Notes: generated by a model not told the origin, from the letters alone. DNA of 64,000 nt from Hyaloraphidium curvatum SAG 235-1 (GCA_025558095.1 JAIVFI010000004.1:620001-684000); one strand, 5' to 3'. Positions 25,019 through 38,309 are shown, counted from the stretch's first letter. Made by a program: numbers and translations.

Positions 25019-27740
25019 CTAAAACATGAATCTGTACCCGATGTAGGCGCCCACGAGAACAACAACCATCACGCCCATGCTCGCAACCATGCCCAGTCCC
25101 CGGCGCCGGCCGCTGAATCCTCTCCGGCCGATGACCACCGAGTGCTTCGTCAGACGTCCCGCAGCTCCGCCAGCCGCTCCGTCGACCGAGGAAAGGAGGC
25201 CGACGCGCTCGTGCTCCGAATCGTCCACGCCCATCCGTCGATCCGGTGTATGGCGGTCCCCGTCCGCCCGCTCGCCGTCCAGCGGGCATCCGCAGTCCCA
25301 CACGAGCTTGAGCACGGTTTCCGAGGCGCTGGGGCCCTGGGAAGCCACCTGCTCCTCCACGATCTTCCACTTGCCGTGCGACACCTTGACGAGCACGTCC
25401 GCCTTGGTCGGGTAGTGCCACCTGGGCAGGAAGATCTCGGTCGTGCGGCTCTTGAGCGGCGCCACCCCTTCCTCCTCGACGTCGTCACCGCCGCCGGTGC
25501 GGTGCTCAAACTCAAACTCGAAGCGCTTGTCCGCCATATCGAAATTCGACCTCGTGGGCGTCCCAGCCACGGCGGATGCAAAGGGCCGGCACACGGCGTT
25601 GAGCGCTCGGCCGCCGCGGTCGAGGGGGCTGAACCCGTGCGGGACGGTCTCGGCGGTCGGCTCCATCGACGGGTGCACGTCGAGCGAAAAGATGGACAGG
25701 TCCTCGCCGTTCCAGTTGTCGCCCCACTCGTTGCAGTTCGACGCGCAGTAGCACCAAAGAGCGGTGTCCAAGAGGGTGTGCTCCATCTGGAGGCGACTTC
25801 GCCATCAGGCCCTCAGCAGGAGCAAATCCGACAGCGAAACATACCGCGTTGAAGTAGGCGTCGAGCGCCGTTTCGTGCAGCGCATAATCTCCGGTCCTGT
25901 ATGCCAGCTTCTGCATCATATCGTACGGAAGCCCGTACTCGCCAAACACCACGGGCACCTCGCCCTTGAGTGCATTCCATCCATACTCGGCAAGGCGGCG
26001 CACATTGTCGGCAAAGACGTGGCGCACGTAGTACTCGCCGAGACGGATGATCTGGTAGAACGGCAGCGACAATCCGTGCTCCTCGGCGCGCAGGAACGAG
26101 AGGGCATCCACGTTGAACCTGGGGAAATCAATCAGAACATTGGAATCCACAAGCTTCCCATTCGCCGCAGACGCACCAAGATCGGAACTGCTTGTTGACC
26201 AGGGTCAATCCATCGTACCAATGCGGTGTGTAGGCGATCCGGCGGTCACCAAAGTGAACTTCGAGCGTGACCTCCTTGGAAAGCCCCGCCCCGATTGCGG
26301 CGCGCGTGACGCCGTCCTGCGCACCGTACTCGGCGACGGTGCGTTCGTCCCACCCGTCCGCAGGGGGATTCATCACCCTGGGTTCGATCAGGATTATGGC
26401 ATCCGCCTGGGCGCTGCGGACGGTCGCCGCATATCGGTAGAAAAAGGGCTGCAAGAAGTCGGCGTCCAGGTCGATCGCCTTGCCCGTGGAAGGATCCTTG
26501 GTGAAATAGTCCGGCACCAACAGTTCGGCGCCGCGGACTCCCTGCGGGCCAACGACGTCCTTTGGTTCGCGAAAGGTCCAAACACCGTGCTGCTTCCAGA
26601 CACATTGGTGCCCATCCTTCCAAGCTCGCAGTCCTCTGGGATCAACGACCTTGCGGGCGGACCTGTAAGGCCCAAATCCGCCCATCCCCCACACGTCCAC
26701 CTCGCAAGCCAGGCCCTCCCCAAGGCACATGGCTTCGAATGGTGTAGGCGACGTCCCGTTCCGTGCGCTGCCCGACATCTGCTGCGAAAGGTCCTTGGTG
26801 CCCAGCAAACCTTCGTTGGGCTCGTTGAACGTGTCGTACCCGATCACGCAGGAATCCTGGAGCCCGGCTTCGACGATCGCTCGGGCCATGAGAAGCATCG
26901 ATCGGAGGAACGACATCTGCAGATAATCCTGCACATTGATTTTTTCGCTCGTGCCCGCCCACGGCGGCGGATCGACGAGGAACTTGGGGGCAAAGGTCCT
27001 GCCCGCCCAAAACAGCGTGAACATCGTAAAGGCGGCGAGCTTCCGGTAGTTTGTCGGCCAGATCATCATGGGAAAGTGGTGCTTGTCCCCTTCGTAGGTG
27101 TTGTGGACAATAGCGGCGCCCGTGGCGTTGAAGTTGGAGGGTTTGAAGCCGACCAGGTCAAGCGTCCACAGCGGCGCTCCATCGCCGCCGCTCCACCGCG
27201 ACCAGACTAAACACGCATCCATCAGCAAACACATTCGGGAACCAAGGTTAGGCACGCACCATCTTGGTGTGGGTCGATGAAGCACCGGACGCCGTGATCC
27301 CGCGCTTTTCGCAGCACCGCGACCACGTACTCGATGTACGCCGTGTCGTAGACGCCCGGTCCACCGTGCTCGATAGCTTCCCACGTGATCTGATGATTCA
27401 TAACCATCATCAGCGCTTACGAGAACGCCGAAAAGCCGTCACGCACGTTGAACCGGACAAAGTTGAAACCCCACCGACGGAGCCGCGCAAAGTGCTCGTC
27501 GGCCTGCTCGAGCGGGAACGGCTGCCCGACGAAGCTTGCACTCTTTCTCTGCCATTCTGCGTCGAAAAACTCCTCGCCGCCGACCTGCGACGGCTGGTTT
27601 GCCGGCGTCTTGGCGTTGGGCGCAACGTTCACCCCGCGCAGGTGCACCGCCCGGCCGAGGTTGTCCCGGAAGAATCTGCCCCGCGTTCGGAGCGCATCGG
27701 GCGGCAGCGATTCCTCGAGCGTGACCGGCGCCGTCGGCAT
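25019..27740 (-). CDS. GH5 endoglycoceramidase-related / sterylglucosidase (EGCrP/Egh1-like) with C-terminal TM
   Basis: LRGVN, FVGQPFPL, ITWEAIEHGGPG, IDPHQD, WSRWSGGDGAP, catalytic NEP, PHWYDG, GEYG, WGDNWNGEDLSIFS. Confidence 0.92.
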
Positions 27741-27965
27741 CGTGCGAGGCGCCCCGGTGGCTCGGCGGCGAAGGCGATCGAAGGATTTCGGGCGGGTAAA
27801 CAGTCACGGACCGGACGACGCGCAAGCTTCCAGATTTCCAAATCTCCGACCACTCAAAACCATCAGTTTGCCGTGAAAAACCACAGCAAACGCCCTATAT
27901 ACGGTCGCGCTGCCGGTGCATCGTGCGTTAACGAGCCCCGTGGACCACTGAAGAACCCCGGAACG

Positions 27966-28526
27966 ATGGAGCTTCCGACCCTCGGCGTGCACTGCGCGGC
28001 CGAAGGCTGCCACCAGCTCGACTTCCTGCCCTTCTTGTGCCCCCATTGCCCTCCTGAAGAACTTGATGCCGGCGATGGGCATGCCACCACAGGCACGACG
28101 GTCGTCCGGGCCGGTCGTCGTCACAAGGTGTACTGCGGAGATCATAGGACCGAGCATGCAGGATGCACCGGACGGCGCAACTACGTGGTACCCACCGTCC
28201 CCTGCCCTCTCTGCGCCACTGTGCTGCCCGTGCGGCTTGCCGCCACCGGGACTTTGGGATCTGAAGCAGAGCCTCCCTCGGAAAGCGACATCAAGGCCAC
28301 CGTAGAAAAGCACATTGTCGCGGGCTGCAAGTCGAAGCCTACTCAATGCCTCGCCCCTCGTTGCAAGGAGAAGCCGAACCCGGCCATGACTTGCAAGCTC
28401 TGCACGAAGACGCTTTGCACGAAGCACCGTTTCCCGGAAATGCATAGCTGTGCGGCTGCCGCCAAGGCAACGCTCGTCCCATCGCAAGCTGCGGCCTTGG
28501 CGAGGAAGGGAATAGCCGTGCGATGA
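27966..28526 (+). CDS. AN1-type zinc finger protein (ZFAND2/Cuz1-like)
   Basis: MELPTLGVHC..CHQLDFLPFLC..YCGDHR..H.C, CPLC..H...C, CKLC..LCTKHRFPEMHSC. Confidence 0.9.
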   Translation: MELPTLGVHCAAEGCHQLDFLPFLCPHCPPEELDAGDGHATTGTTVVRAGRRHKVYCGDHRTEHAGCTGRRNYVVPTVPCPLCATVLPVRLAATGTLGSEAEPPSESDIKATVEKHIVAGCKSKPTQCLAPRCKEKPNPAMTCKLCTKTLCTKHRFPEMHSCAAAAKATLVPSQAAALARKGIAVR

Positions 28527-28676
28527 CAAAGGCCGGACTCTGCGTCTGTGACGGCCATGTAAGTCTACCAACAGAAGGAGGGACGAAAGAGGGACGCTTC
28601 GGCGCCAATCACAGCAAGAATGTATTCAGATCGTTTGGGCTCCAAAAGAAGCTCCTCAAAAGAAAGTACTCAGGAA

Positions 28677-28984
28677 TCAGAGTTTGGGCTTGCCGTCGGA
28701 AGCTTCCTCGGCCGGGTGCACCTGGGAGAGCCATGAGCACGACCGTTGTGCAGCAGGTCGTGGCTGTACCTTCTTCAGCTCTTCCTCTTCTTCGCCCTTG
28801 ACCGCATCGACGTGCTCGGGAGAGTTGTCCTCGTCCGAAATGTCCTACAGCTTAACACGTCACCCACGGCAAACACACGCCCCAGAACCGGCGCCGCGCG
28901 CACTTCGGTGTTCGGGCGAGCCGGCTCGTCCTTCTTCGCGTCTCCCGCCGTGACCTTCGCGCCTTTGGGAGTGTCGTCGGCCAT
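28677..28984 (-). CDS. Small acidic hydrophilic protein (~66 aa, 3 exons) ending GKPKL
   Basis: MADDTPKG..PNTE|DISDEDNSPEHVDAVKGEEEEELKK|VHPAEEASDGKPKL*, with two phase-0 GT-AG introns. Confidence 0.7.
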
Positions 28985-29121
28985 TTCGATTTAGTCGTGG
29001 AAAGTGATGACTCGACACGCATCGTCACACGGGCACGAGACCTTGATTCAATTACGGCAAAGCACATCCTATCTCCCGACGAAACCTAATTGGTTTGGCA
29101 CCGGTAACCAAGCAATCACGA

Positions 29122-29835
29122 CTAGAGCTTGCTCTTCCGCTCGGGGGGCACATCGGGGCCCTCCTTGATCTAGAAACGGACAAGCGATGTAGCAAATGGT
29201 CTTCCACCAAGATACGATTTCGTTACCTTCTTGAGTTCAGTCTCTGCCGCCGGGTCCGAAGAGGCCTGCTGCACCTTCTTCGCCGTTTCGCCACCGTCGA
29301 CGATCGCGTTGTTCTGAACATCTTCCGAAGACGACTGATCGGAAGAGAACGCCGTCTTCACAGCGACCTTGGCAGTCTCGAAGCCGGATGAGATCGTTTC
29401 CTTCGCGCTCTCGTATGCGCCCCGCATCGTGTCGAGGGCTTGCCCTCCCTTCTCCTTCAGGGCATCCGCCGTAACAGCCTTCTGAGCGCTCTCGATTCCG
29501 TCGCCGACCTTGTCCTTCGCTGTCTCGTACGTCGCCTTCACGGTTTCCTTGACGTTGTCCGGAGGCAGCGCCTTTCCAGCAGCATCGAGGCCTTCGCCAA
29601 CTTTTTCGCGCGTCGCGTTGGCAACTGATTCGGCGGCCTCCTTGGCGGCAGAAGCAGCCGAGCTGATGCTGCCGGAAAGCGTAGACGGTTGTCCCGAACC
29701 AACAGTGTTCTGCGAATCCCGTTAGCGACGAGGGAAAGTGGGAGGGGAGTTCGGGTAGCGACGCCTCACCGGACTCCCGGCGCCCTGTTCTCCCGACTTG
29801 GGCGCGTCCTTCGGGGCGTCCGGGTTCTTGGGCAT
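29122..29835 (-). CDS. LEA/hydrophilin-like protein (3 exons) ending RKSKL (PTS1)
   Basis: MPKNPDAPK..GSP|..AKEAAESVANATREKVGEG..YETAKDKVGDG..YESAKETISSGFETAK..ETELKK|IKEGPDVPPERKSKL*. Confidence 0.8.
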
Positions 29836-29979
29836 CGTGTCGGACATCCGTCAAGGGCTGGAAGGACAACGGGGTGGGGGGGTGGCCGAAAGGTTTGGAG
29901 AATGTGTGACGGATGAATGACGTGGCGTTTCCTCACTTCCAATTGTTGAGACCATCTGTTTTCCTGGGCCACAAGCCAT

Positions 29980-32900
29980 CTAGCCAAAAGCAGCTACAGG
30001 TTCGCTGCGTATATCCGCATCCGTCTTGAGCAGCTTCCCGGAAGCACGCCCAGAGCCCTCGCAAAGTAGACATGCCAGCGCCAAGCGAGCCAACCGCCTC
30101 CTTATGCGATACGATTCCGAGCCACGTAAAGTCCGCAATCCTTCGTCGGGCTCTTCGGAATCACCCAACATTCTTTCGCTGCCCGCGTAAATCGAACGAA
30201 GCCGACGGCGCACCGACTGCAGGTAGTCCTCCCGGCTGTCTGCAAGGTACGAGTCCTGCTTGCTAGGCCCACTGCCCGCCGAGGACAGCAAACATCCCGA
30301 ATGGAACCAATCGCGGCAGTCAAACACGATGGCAGCCTCGTCCGAAACTTCGCCGCCGGCGCCAGCTGAAACAATCGGCAGGCCACAAACCGAACAAACC
30401 ACGGAGGAGGGTTCCGCTACCAGCAGACCACGCATCTGCAAAGATACCAAGGCTTCCAAAAGGCCCAGCGTGTCCGCTTCCTGGATCTTCCCGCAACCCT
30501 CGCGCAGGAGCGCCTGCGCGCCGTAGTCCTCCAGCAGGCGCAGGACTGCCCCTTTGAGCCCCATCACGGGGAGCCCGTCGGGAATGCGCCGGACAACGTC
30601 CGCAGGATCGAGCATCGAAGTCCCTACATTCTCCAGAAGCCCGAGGATGAAGGGCGGCTTGTCCATCGAGTACGTGACGAGGTCCTCCCACAGCGCCGGA
30701 TCCCCCTGGTCCTTGGCGAACGCAATGGCCCCCCGCACGTCGGCCATGCGTTCGATGATGAGTGCCAGTGCCTTCTTGTTGTCCCCCATCTTCCCGAGCA
30801 GAAATACCATCTCCGGAACCATGTCGCGCTGCTGGCAGACTTCGTACGCCACCGAGACCGAGTAGCCATTGGACGCGCGGAGGAAGTCGAGCAGTCGCAG
30901 GGGATCGTACTCGGCGTACAGCTCGACCTGGAGGTTGTGGTAGGCCGAGCCTTCCAGCCGCAAGTCGCGCCGGGGCCGCTCCGCCTTCCACAATGCGTCA
31001 AGGTAGATGTGCAGGAAACCGGAGTAGTCCTTCATGGCATCCACCACCACGGCCGGCGGGACCTGCTCGGTGCTGGCTACTAGCAGCTGTACGGCCGGGC
31101 ACAACGTTGCGGCACGGATGCGTCCGAGCGGCGACTTGATCGACAGGGGTTCGAGCTGGCCACCCTCTGCCTTTTCCTCCTGCAGCAGCTCCTCCTCGAT
31201 ACGCTCCGCAAGGGCCGCATCCGTGTCTAGAAGCCGCTGGTCATACTCGAATAGTAGCTTCAGCATAGCGGGATCCAATCCGTGCAGCAGATTGTGCCGC
31301 GTGATGGAGCCCAAAGCGTTGGGAGACCCCAGCCCCAGGGCCAGCCGCGCGTAGGCAATCCAATTGTTCGCGTGGCCGTACAGCTCCATGGCGGCTTCCA
31401 TCAGCACCAGGTCCCCCGGTTCCCGGCGCAGCGCCTCTTCAGCCGCCGACAACAAGGTGCGCAGGTCGTAGCATGTCGGGGGCCAGGCGCGAGCCAGGCG
31501 GAGCAGAAGTGTTCTGTCATTCTCGACTGCAAACATCATCACCGCATCGTAGCACTTCTGTGCCAGGAGCGGCTTGGCGGTAGGCATGTACGGTGCCAAG
31601 TGCGCGACCTGGCCTGCCTCCGCAAATGTGAACACCCACTGTTCCCAAAGAACGGGATCCTGCCGAAGGATCTTTGGGCACAGGGAGGCGGCTTCATCAA
31701 AGTTCCCCTGGGCGACGAGAGCCTGCAGATACTTCTGGCCGATCTCCAATATGTCGTCCACCTTGAGCCGCCCTTTCACGCTGTAGTCGTCCCCGGCCGA
31801 CTCGGCGGCATGAAGGGCCTCCGCGTACTTCTGCCGTTCCAAAAGCCATTCGATGTGGTCGGCCATGTCCCTCGGGCGGGCAACGATGATGTCTTTGGGG
31901 CTAACTAGGTAGTACGTCTGGTCAAAATCGAGGTAGTCCAGCCGGTAGTCGTTCGGCTGGTAGATCTCGTGCCCGACCACGTTCGCCAGGACATCGTTTG
32001 CGACTTCCCTGCCCTCGTAGTCGACGACGCGTATTTCGGGCGGCCGGTTGCCGGGGCGTGTTTCGGTCGCACCTGTCGGCCTCGGCATGGACGCTGGTAG
32101 GACATCCGGGCTGCTCAGAGCGCCGGCGTCGACGTCCACTGTCAGCAGTACGAGGAGTTCCTTTCCCTTGTGCTGGAAAGGGGCGATCCCGCAAACGACA
32201 TAGTCGGTCTTGAAGCTGGTTGAGATGGCAGCTTCCGTCAGCACCGACCGCAGATAGGCGAGCAGTCGGACTCACGAGGACTTGATCGTCGGGACGAGGT
32301 CCGTGGACTTGGCCACCTTGTCCAGCCCCACAGCCGACGCCACGCCCAGCGATCTCGAAGGTGTCGACCTCCCAGATGCCGCAGGTGACGACTCTGTGAC
32401 GTCCTTGATCCCCACGACCGTGACCGAGTTTGCCCACCCAATGAGCAGCTCCCTGTCCGTTTTCCAGAAAAGGTGCGGCCTGAAAAGGTCCGCTCTAGGG
32501 CTCCCTCGCCTCCTCTTGACGTGGCCTAAACGCCTGGAGGTTGACATGTCGTACAATTGGACGCCCCGTTCGTTGGCCCAGGCGACGAGGCTGCCCCTCC
32601 ACTTGACGGTGAACACGATGCCTTCTCCCGAGTGCAGGGTCGTGTTGCTCGTGGCGCCAAACCAGTTCTTCGAGGACAGGATCAGCTGCTCGTTCCGGCC
32701 ACCGCTGATGATCGTCCGCGCGGAGCTCTTTGCGTAACCCGGTTCCAGAGCCACGGCCTTGACGGGCCGCCGGAAATCGTACGCGGTGCTCTCTGCGAAA
32801 AAGACCGAATTCACCACCACGCGACCGTCGTCCGAAGAAGAAGCGAGGTAGTCGGCACTTTCGTCGATTGAAATCTCGGTTACCGAAGCAGAGTGCGCCC

Positions 32901-33662
32901 GGAAGCGCTTGATGTCGTTTCCCGTGAGGTCCAGGATGTGGATGTGCCCGCCGTGAGTCCCGACAACCTACAAAGACAACGAAGCACTCTCAGCAATCGA
33001 CACATTAGTCGACCGGAGGGACGAACCAAGAATCGGTCCGAAACGCATATGCAGCTGACGTTGTCCTTTGCGAGCACGTTCCCCAGCGTTCCGCTGAGTC
33101 TCGAGTACTTCAACAGCGGTTCCGCATCTTCGTCGTTTTCATCTTCCGCGGCCATGTCACCGTCCGCGCTTGCCTCGGTGGGGACGCTCTCCGAGGCATC
33201 CCGTCGCGAGTCCACGTCCGGCGGCGAGAGAAAGGCGTTCGCTGGACTGTCCTCCAAAGCATGCCTCGATCCGGCATCCGAATCCCCCAAGCCAATACCG
33301 GTTACCGGAGTTGCGGAACGCTCGTCCGCGGCCGAGGCGTGTACATCTTCAGGCTCGACGACCGGCTCGGGGACGGGTTCCACGACCGATGGAACATCGT
33401 CTAGTCCGGCGACGTTGTCCACCGGCGATTCCCGGATAGGAACGCGCTTTTTGAAGGTCCGCGATTGCTCGTTGAGCGCTTCAGCCTCGGCCTGCAGATC
33501 ATCGAGGTCCAGCGGGGCCGCAGCCATGTCCGCAGGTTCCTGTTCGCCGCCAGCCCGGGATTCACCCCCGGCAGAAGCAACATTATCCACATGTTGTTCC
33601 GGAGCGCCGAGTCCTTCATCGCCACCGGACATGTCGCCGCCAGGCCCGTCCGGCGCCGACAT
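29980..33662 (-). CDS. VPS41: HOPS subunit Vps41
   Basis: EPLLKYSRL, WD40 (RRPVKAVALEP, LLIGWA), YLVSPKDIIVARPRD..DHIEWL, clathrin repeat (VELYAEYD, EMVFLLGKMG), degenerate RING. Confidence 0.94.
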
Positions 33663-33725
33663 TGGGCTCGAAGTCGCGATCGAAAGCGCGATCGGAACAA
33701 TGACTCAATTGGCGAGCTAGATTGA

Positions 33726-36001
33726 CTACGCGGCCTGCGATCTACGAGCCAGATTGCTGCGAGTCTTCCACTCCTTCGCACCCGCCAAGCCGTGATCACC
33801 CATGAGCATGGTGTACGGCACGGGCTGGCCTTGATCACCCAGCCCTCTGATCCTCAACTCCACAGGAACTTCCATGTCGGCGCTGCGTAAGACGAGGGTG
33901 CACTTCCGTGCAGCGTTCAACTGGATAGGCGTGACGATGTGCAGTGTCTGTGATGCAAAGTCAATCGCGCGCACAATGCCCAGGCCAAGCACGTGGTGCG
34001 CCGTCGTCACCGGACTGCGAATGTGTCTCACGGTGCTCGCAGCGACTTCGCCATCAGCCGCGCCATCCATCCCTTCGCATAAAGCAACCACGGCACCGTT
34101 GATTGCCCGGAGAATGTCCCTTTCGCTGACCTCCGCGTGAATAAGCCCCACAGCAACCAGTCCCCACGGTACGGCCAGAGGTCTCCGGACCGTCACGGGC
34201 ACATCAAAGTCCCAGTACCGCTCCAGAGTATCAAGGCTAGCAAAGGTCATTGCTGCGAGGGAGCTGACGGATGTTTGATGGAAGTAGCTTGTCAAGGCGA
34301 CCTGTCGGAGCTCCGCTGCGTGTTGGCGGCGCCTGCCCAACGTTTATGAGCAACGGTTCGGTGCCGTGTCGTTCCGAGAACCTACCCGGCGGCCGTGCCG
34401 GCAGCGGGAAGTGCAATAGCTTCGCACCCACCTCCGCGCACGCCGACACCCAGCACGACCGGTGAAACGTTCCTAGTGTCGTCTCCGTCGAACCGAAGAT
34501 CAACAACGTGGGTCGGTGACAAGAGGTCGACGAGCGCCATCAAGATGTCGAAGCCCATGCCTTTGACCCATCCGTGCGTGTTCACAACGAGCGCCGCCTC
34601 GGGGCTGCGTTGCTCCTGGTGTGCAGATACCAACGTTCGCAAGCAATCGACGTAGTGATCTGGGTCCTTGTCCGGGGAAGAAGAGCCGACAAACAAACTC
34701 CGGCGCGCGCGAGCAAAGTGGGTGAATGGCGGACCGAGCAGCGGCTGCTTGATTTCCTGCAATGATACGCAGCCAAAAGGCGCGAATTCGGATTGTCCAA
34801 CGTCGGTATCGAGGTACTCCACGCGTCCGCTTGCCCGTTCCAGCAAGGAGTTCGTCAGCAACCTCGCAAACGTCGACTTGCCCGAGCCCTTTGGTCCCAC
34901 AACGACGACCACAATACGCTCCTCGACTGCGGCCGCTGTCAGACGATCGAGCGTCGACTTCCAAGGCGCCGCGATCTCCAAAGGTGTGCGAAGGCCCGGA
35001 TATGCCAAGCTCACATGGCAGCACAGGCCACGCACGAGAGGAAGCGAGTACCTAGGTCCGTTTGTTTCCTCGATGTCCCCAAAGAGATCGCGGTAGTTTG
35101 GCATGTCGCTCGGAGCACTCTCAAGACCGCACCCCCAAATGTCGGCCAAGACCACGACGATGGCGAACGAATGCAATCGAGTGCGGCACTCTGCGAGGGC
35201 ATCCGCGAGACTGCCAAAGCTGTCGGGGCTACCAAGGTCTTCGGTATGCATTCTGCTGTCCTTCATGCGCGGCAATGGTGCTTGGTCTGCCCCTCCGTAG
35301 ATTGACAGCAAACTCTGCGATCGGAGAGAGAACACTGGATGCAACAGGGTCCCAGCGAGTGGCGGGCTTTGGTCCTTGTCGGAAGAGAACCATTGATCCA
35401 TGTCGGCGTCCGCGACGATCTTGAAGCCAGCGACCGAGCAGACGCCGCGCAGGCAGCCCACGGCTCCGAACCCCTCCAGCACCAATCTCTCCCCTTGAGA
35501 CATGCCCAAGAATGCGAAAGAACGATCATTCCCCCCCCCTATACGCGCAATCATCGTGTTCTGTCGGGAGGGCATGGACGAGGACACTCGCACGACTGCG
35601 GGCTCGTCGCCCGGAAGATCGCGGCTCCTACGATTCTTGGCGCTAGAGACCGGGCGTTCGTCCGCTGATGATGCATCGCCTTCCGACGGTGAATCTTGAT
35701 CCACGACGTTGGCGAGATGCTCAAAAGCAGGTGCTCCAACCTCGGGTGAACCCTCCGCCAGGTCCTTCCCGTTTGGCTTGAGCCCCCGACCCGACAACCG
35801 GAAAGCGGCCAAAGCAGAGAATTGATTCCTCGAGGTAAATCCATTGCCGACTGAACCGTATGATTCGCTGCAGAGCTCCTGCTTGCTCCCGTTGACAGCG
35901 CTCTCGTCACGGCGAGGGCGCTTGCGGTCCGGAGCGTCCTCCCCCGGCAACGAGGCCGTCGCCCGATTCTCCGGCACTGTCGGCGTTTCATGTCCCGCCA
36001 T
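33726..36001 (-). CDS. GRC3: Polynucleotide 5'-hydroxyl kinase Grc3/Nol9
   Basis: GPKGSGKSTF, DTDVGQSEF, LLGPPFTH, VVNTHGWVKGMG, INGAVVAL, GLGIVRAID. One intron at ~34334-34385. Confidence 0.93.
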
Positions 36002-36287
36002 TAATCGCCGCTAGTATCCCGCGCAAATGCGGTGAGAACGGAGCGATCGCTTGCTTGCCTGTCGCGCGTCCGACGCCAGCGCAAACACAAACAATGCTCC
36101 CCTGCTCAGGTCTCTGCAGCCGATTTCCGCCACGGCTCCGTACGTGTACATTCTTGTTTTGCGCATCGTTCTTCCACCGAATCTGACGTCGGCGACTGCA
36201 CGGGGACGCGTCTGACAGTGGGACACGCACGGCATTTCGCGTCACTGGTCCATCCATCGCGCCAAGCTGGAGCCACCGGAGGTGCCA

Positions 36288-36727
36288 ATGACATTTTTCG
36301 GTTGCGGTCTTTGCGTTTCGGGGCGCGGGACATGCGATTTGGGACGCTAGTGGGCCGCAGGGCGCCCCGCAGCGCGCAACTGGACATGGGACCGCGCCCG
36401 CTTGTTCGGTCAGCAGGTTCTCGGACTGTGGTTCGCGCTGCTGGGCTCGTTGTGCAGACCCGCGGGTACAAGTTCAAACTGAAGACTCACAAGGGCACTG
36501 CGAAACGGTGGGAAGCTCCGCAACCTGCCGTTCGAGGGGCACTGACGATACATTCAACCCACAGCTTCAAGCCCCTGGCAAAGGGGGCCTTTAAACGCTG
36601 GCAGCCCGGGGCACACCACCTGAAGAGGAAGCTTCGCTTGACGCGGCGGCGTGAGAAGAGGAGAGCAGTGCTGGTGACGAACGCGACGCAGCGAAGAAAG
36701 CTCCGGCGCTTGATGCCATATGCTTGA
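36288..36727 (+). CDS. Mitochondrial ribosomal protein bL35m (start uncertain)
   Basis: KLKTHKGTAKR|FK..FKR..GAHHL..KLRRLMPYA preceded by an Arg-rich presequence. Confidence 0.85.
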
Positions 36728-37498
36728 TTCACGTTTGATGCGCTTGATGGAGCGGACGGGCCAACTTGGAAGGTCGCGTGGTCAGGCGGGTCTTGGGGCT
36801 GGCATGTATTTAGTTGACGCCGGGCACGCAAGTCCGTGCTTCCGGCAGGCCTGCCCCAGCGTCTGGGAGATGCGCTGATTCGTTTTGGGTGGGTGGGTGT
36901 GGCCGAAGGTGTGGCCAATGGTGCCTGAGGTGTGGCAATGCGTGATGGCGCGGAGCGAGCGGAAGACCTTTTTTTACTCCGAGCCTAGATCGTCATGCTT
37001 CCGACGCCGCGGTCGCTGTCCTAGCAGCAGCCCAACCCGTCCATCCGGGTCTCCTCGGCGCGAGTGAACCGCGCGAACCCTCGTCGGGGTCGGGTCAGCA
37101 GACGGATCCACTCGCGTCCTCCCTGTCGACCCGATCAGTCGAACCAGCGCGGTTGGGCTATGGGCGTGTGAGACATGCCACGGTGCGCCAAGGCGGCAGG
37201 CCCGCCCATCACGGTGCCCGCAGCGCCGCCACCGTCTGCTACGACCTTCGTAGGCGGATCACAGTGCAGGCAACGTTCATCCATGTCCCTGGCTTGTCCG
37301 ATGAGGGCCAAAGGGGGGTTTGTGCCTCCATGGCTCAGCGCCTGGTATGATCCATACTGACCCTCGAATTCGAAGGGCCGATTGATGGGGTCACCACGTG
37401 ACGGCATGGCGATCCCGAACGTGCTTTGGTTTTTCGCGGGCCTTGCCGTGGCGTGGCTGCTGGGGAGTTCGCGGCCGCCATCCCTTCCACCACCACCA

Positions 37499-38164
37499 TG
37501 AGATGAAGCTGGCAATGAAACTGAGGGCCTTCTCCTTTTGCCACCTTACTTTGATCGTGGGCTCCAACTCCTTGGATGCTAAGATCCCAGAGCCAGGTCT
37601 CCATGTTCCACTCGCGGCCCAGTGCTTCTAGTCTGGTCTGCAGCTTCTGGCACCGCTCTGCATTTTCTGCACAGTGAAACAGAAAACGTTGTTCGTCTCC
37701 AATGTGCTGAGGATCATATTTGCACATCCTCTGCTGCACCTCAAGTCCTTGGTGCCTGCCTGTCTCCACCTCCAGGTCGTGGGTAGAGCAGAGCAGCTTC
37801 TGGACATCCCTCCGGGGCTTCTCCATCCGGGTCAGCGACGGTGCAATGTGACCAAAGGTCATGTCACACATCCTCCAGAAGTGCAGCTTGTCATTGTCCT
37901 TGAGCTTCTGGGCATCGATCTCCTGAACTTGCCCTTCACAACAAGATTCCCCACAGTCTCCTTGGCCCATGAAAAAGTGTCCTTCTCCCACATCTCCCTC
38001 CCCTCCTCTCCACCATAGTACACAAGTAGTTCCCTCAGGAAGGCATCGCAGCCCAGTTCCAGCACCCCTTCAGTGCATCGATCTTGAGCTCCTTGTAGAG
38101 CAGGTACAATGCAGGGTCAGCTGCTTTGATGCGCATGAGGAACTCGAGAGCCGACTCATGGTCA
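37499..38164 (-). mobile_element. Old degenerate LINE fragment (post-RT / zinc-knuckle region)
   Basis: Reverse-complement homologue of ~46803-47463 (HDHESALEFLMRIK..ETGRHQGL..DEQRFLFHC) with indels. Confidence 0.92.
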
Positions 38165-38309
38165 TGTTGTGACGGACGACTGGTCCGGCCTCTAGCCGGT
38201 GTGGACGGAAGGATGCGTGACCCCTGTGTGTGGGGAATTCCGTCATGTTGTGATTGGAGTTGGGGCCGCTTTTCTAAGTTGCCGCCAGCCTAACAACCTC
38301 GTCACAACA
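38165..38309 (-). repeat. Copia 3' LTR (145 bp)
   Basis: TGTTGTGACG...CGTCACAACA 10-bp terminal inverted repeat. The adjacent polypurine tract is GGGGGGAG on the minus strand (38310-38317). Confidence 0.95.

Noticed and set aside
37394-37402. CACGTGAC (CDEI/Pho4-like E-box) at the island edge
   Set aside because: A short motif expected by chance in GC-rich DNA; no AT-rich CDEII follows.
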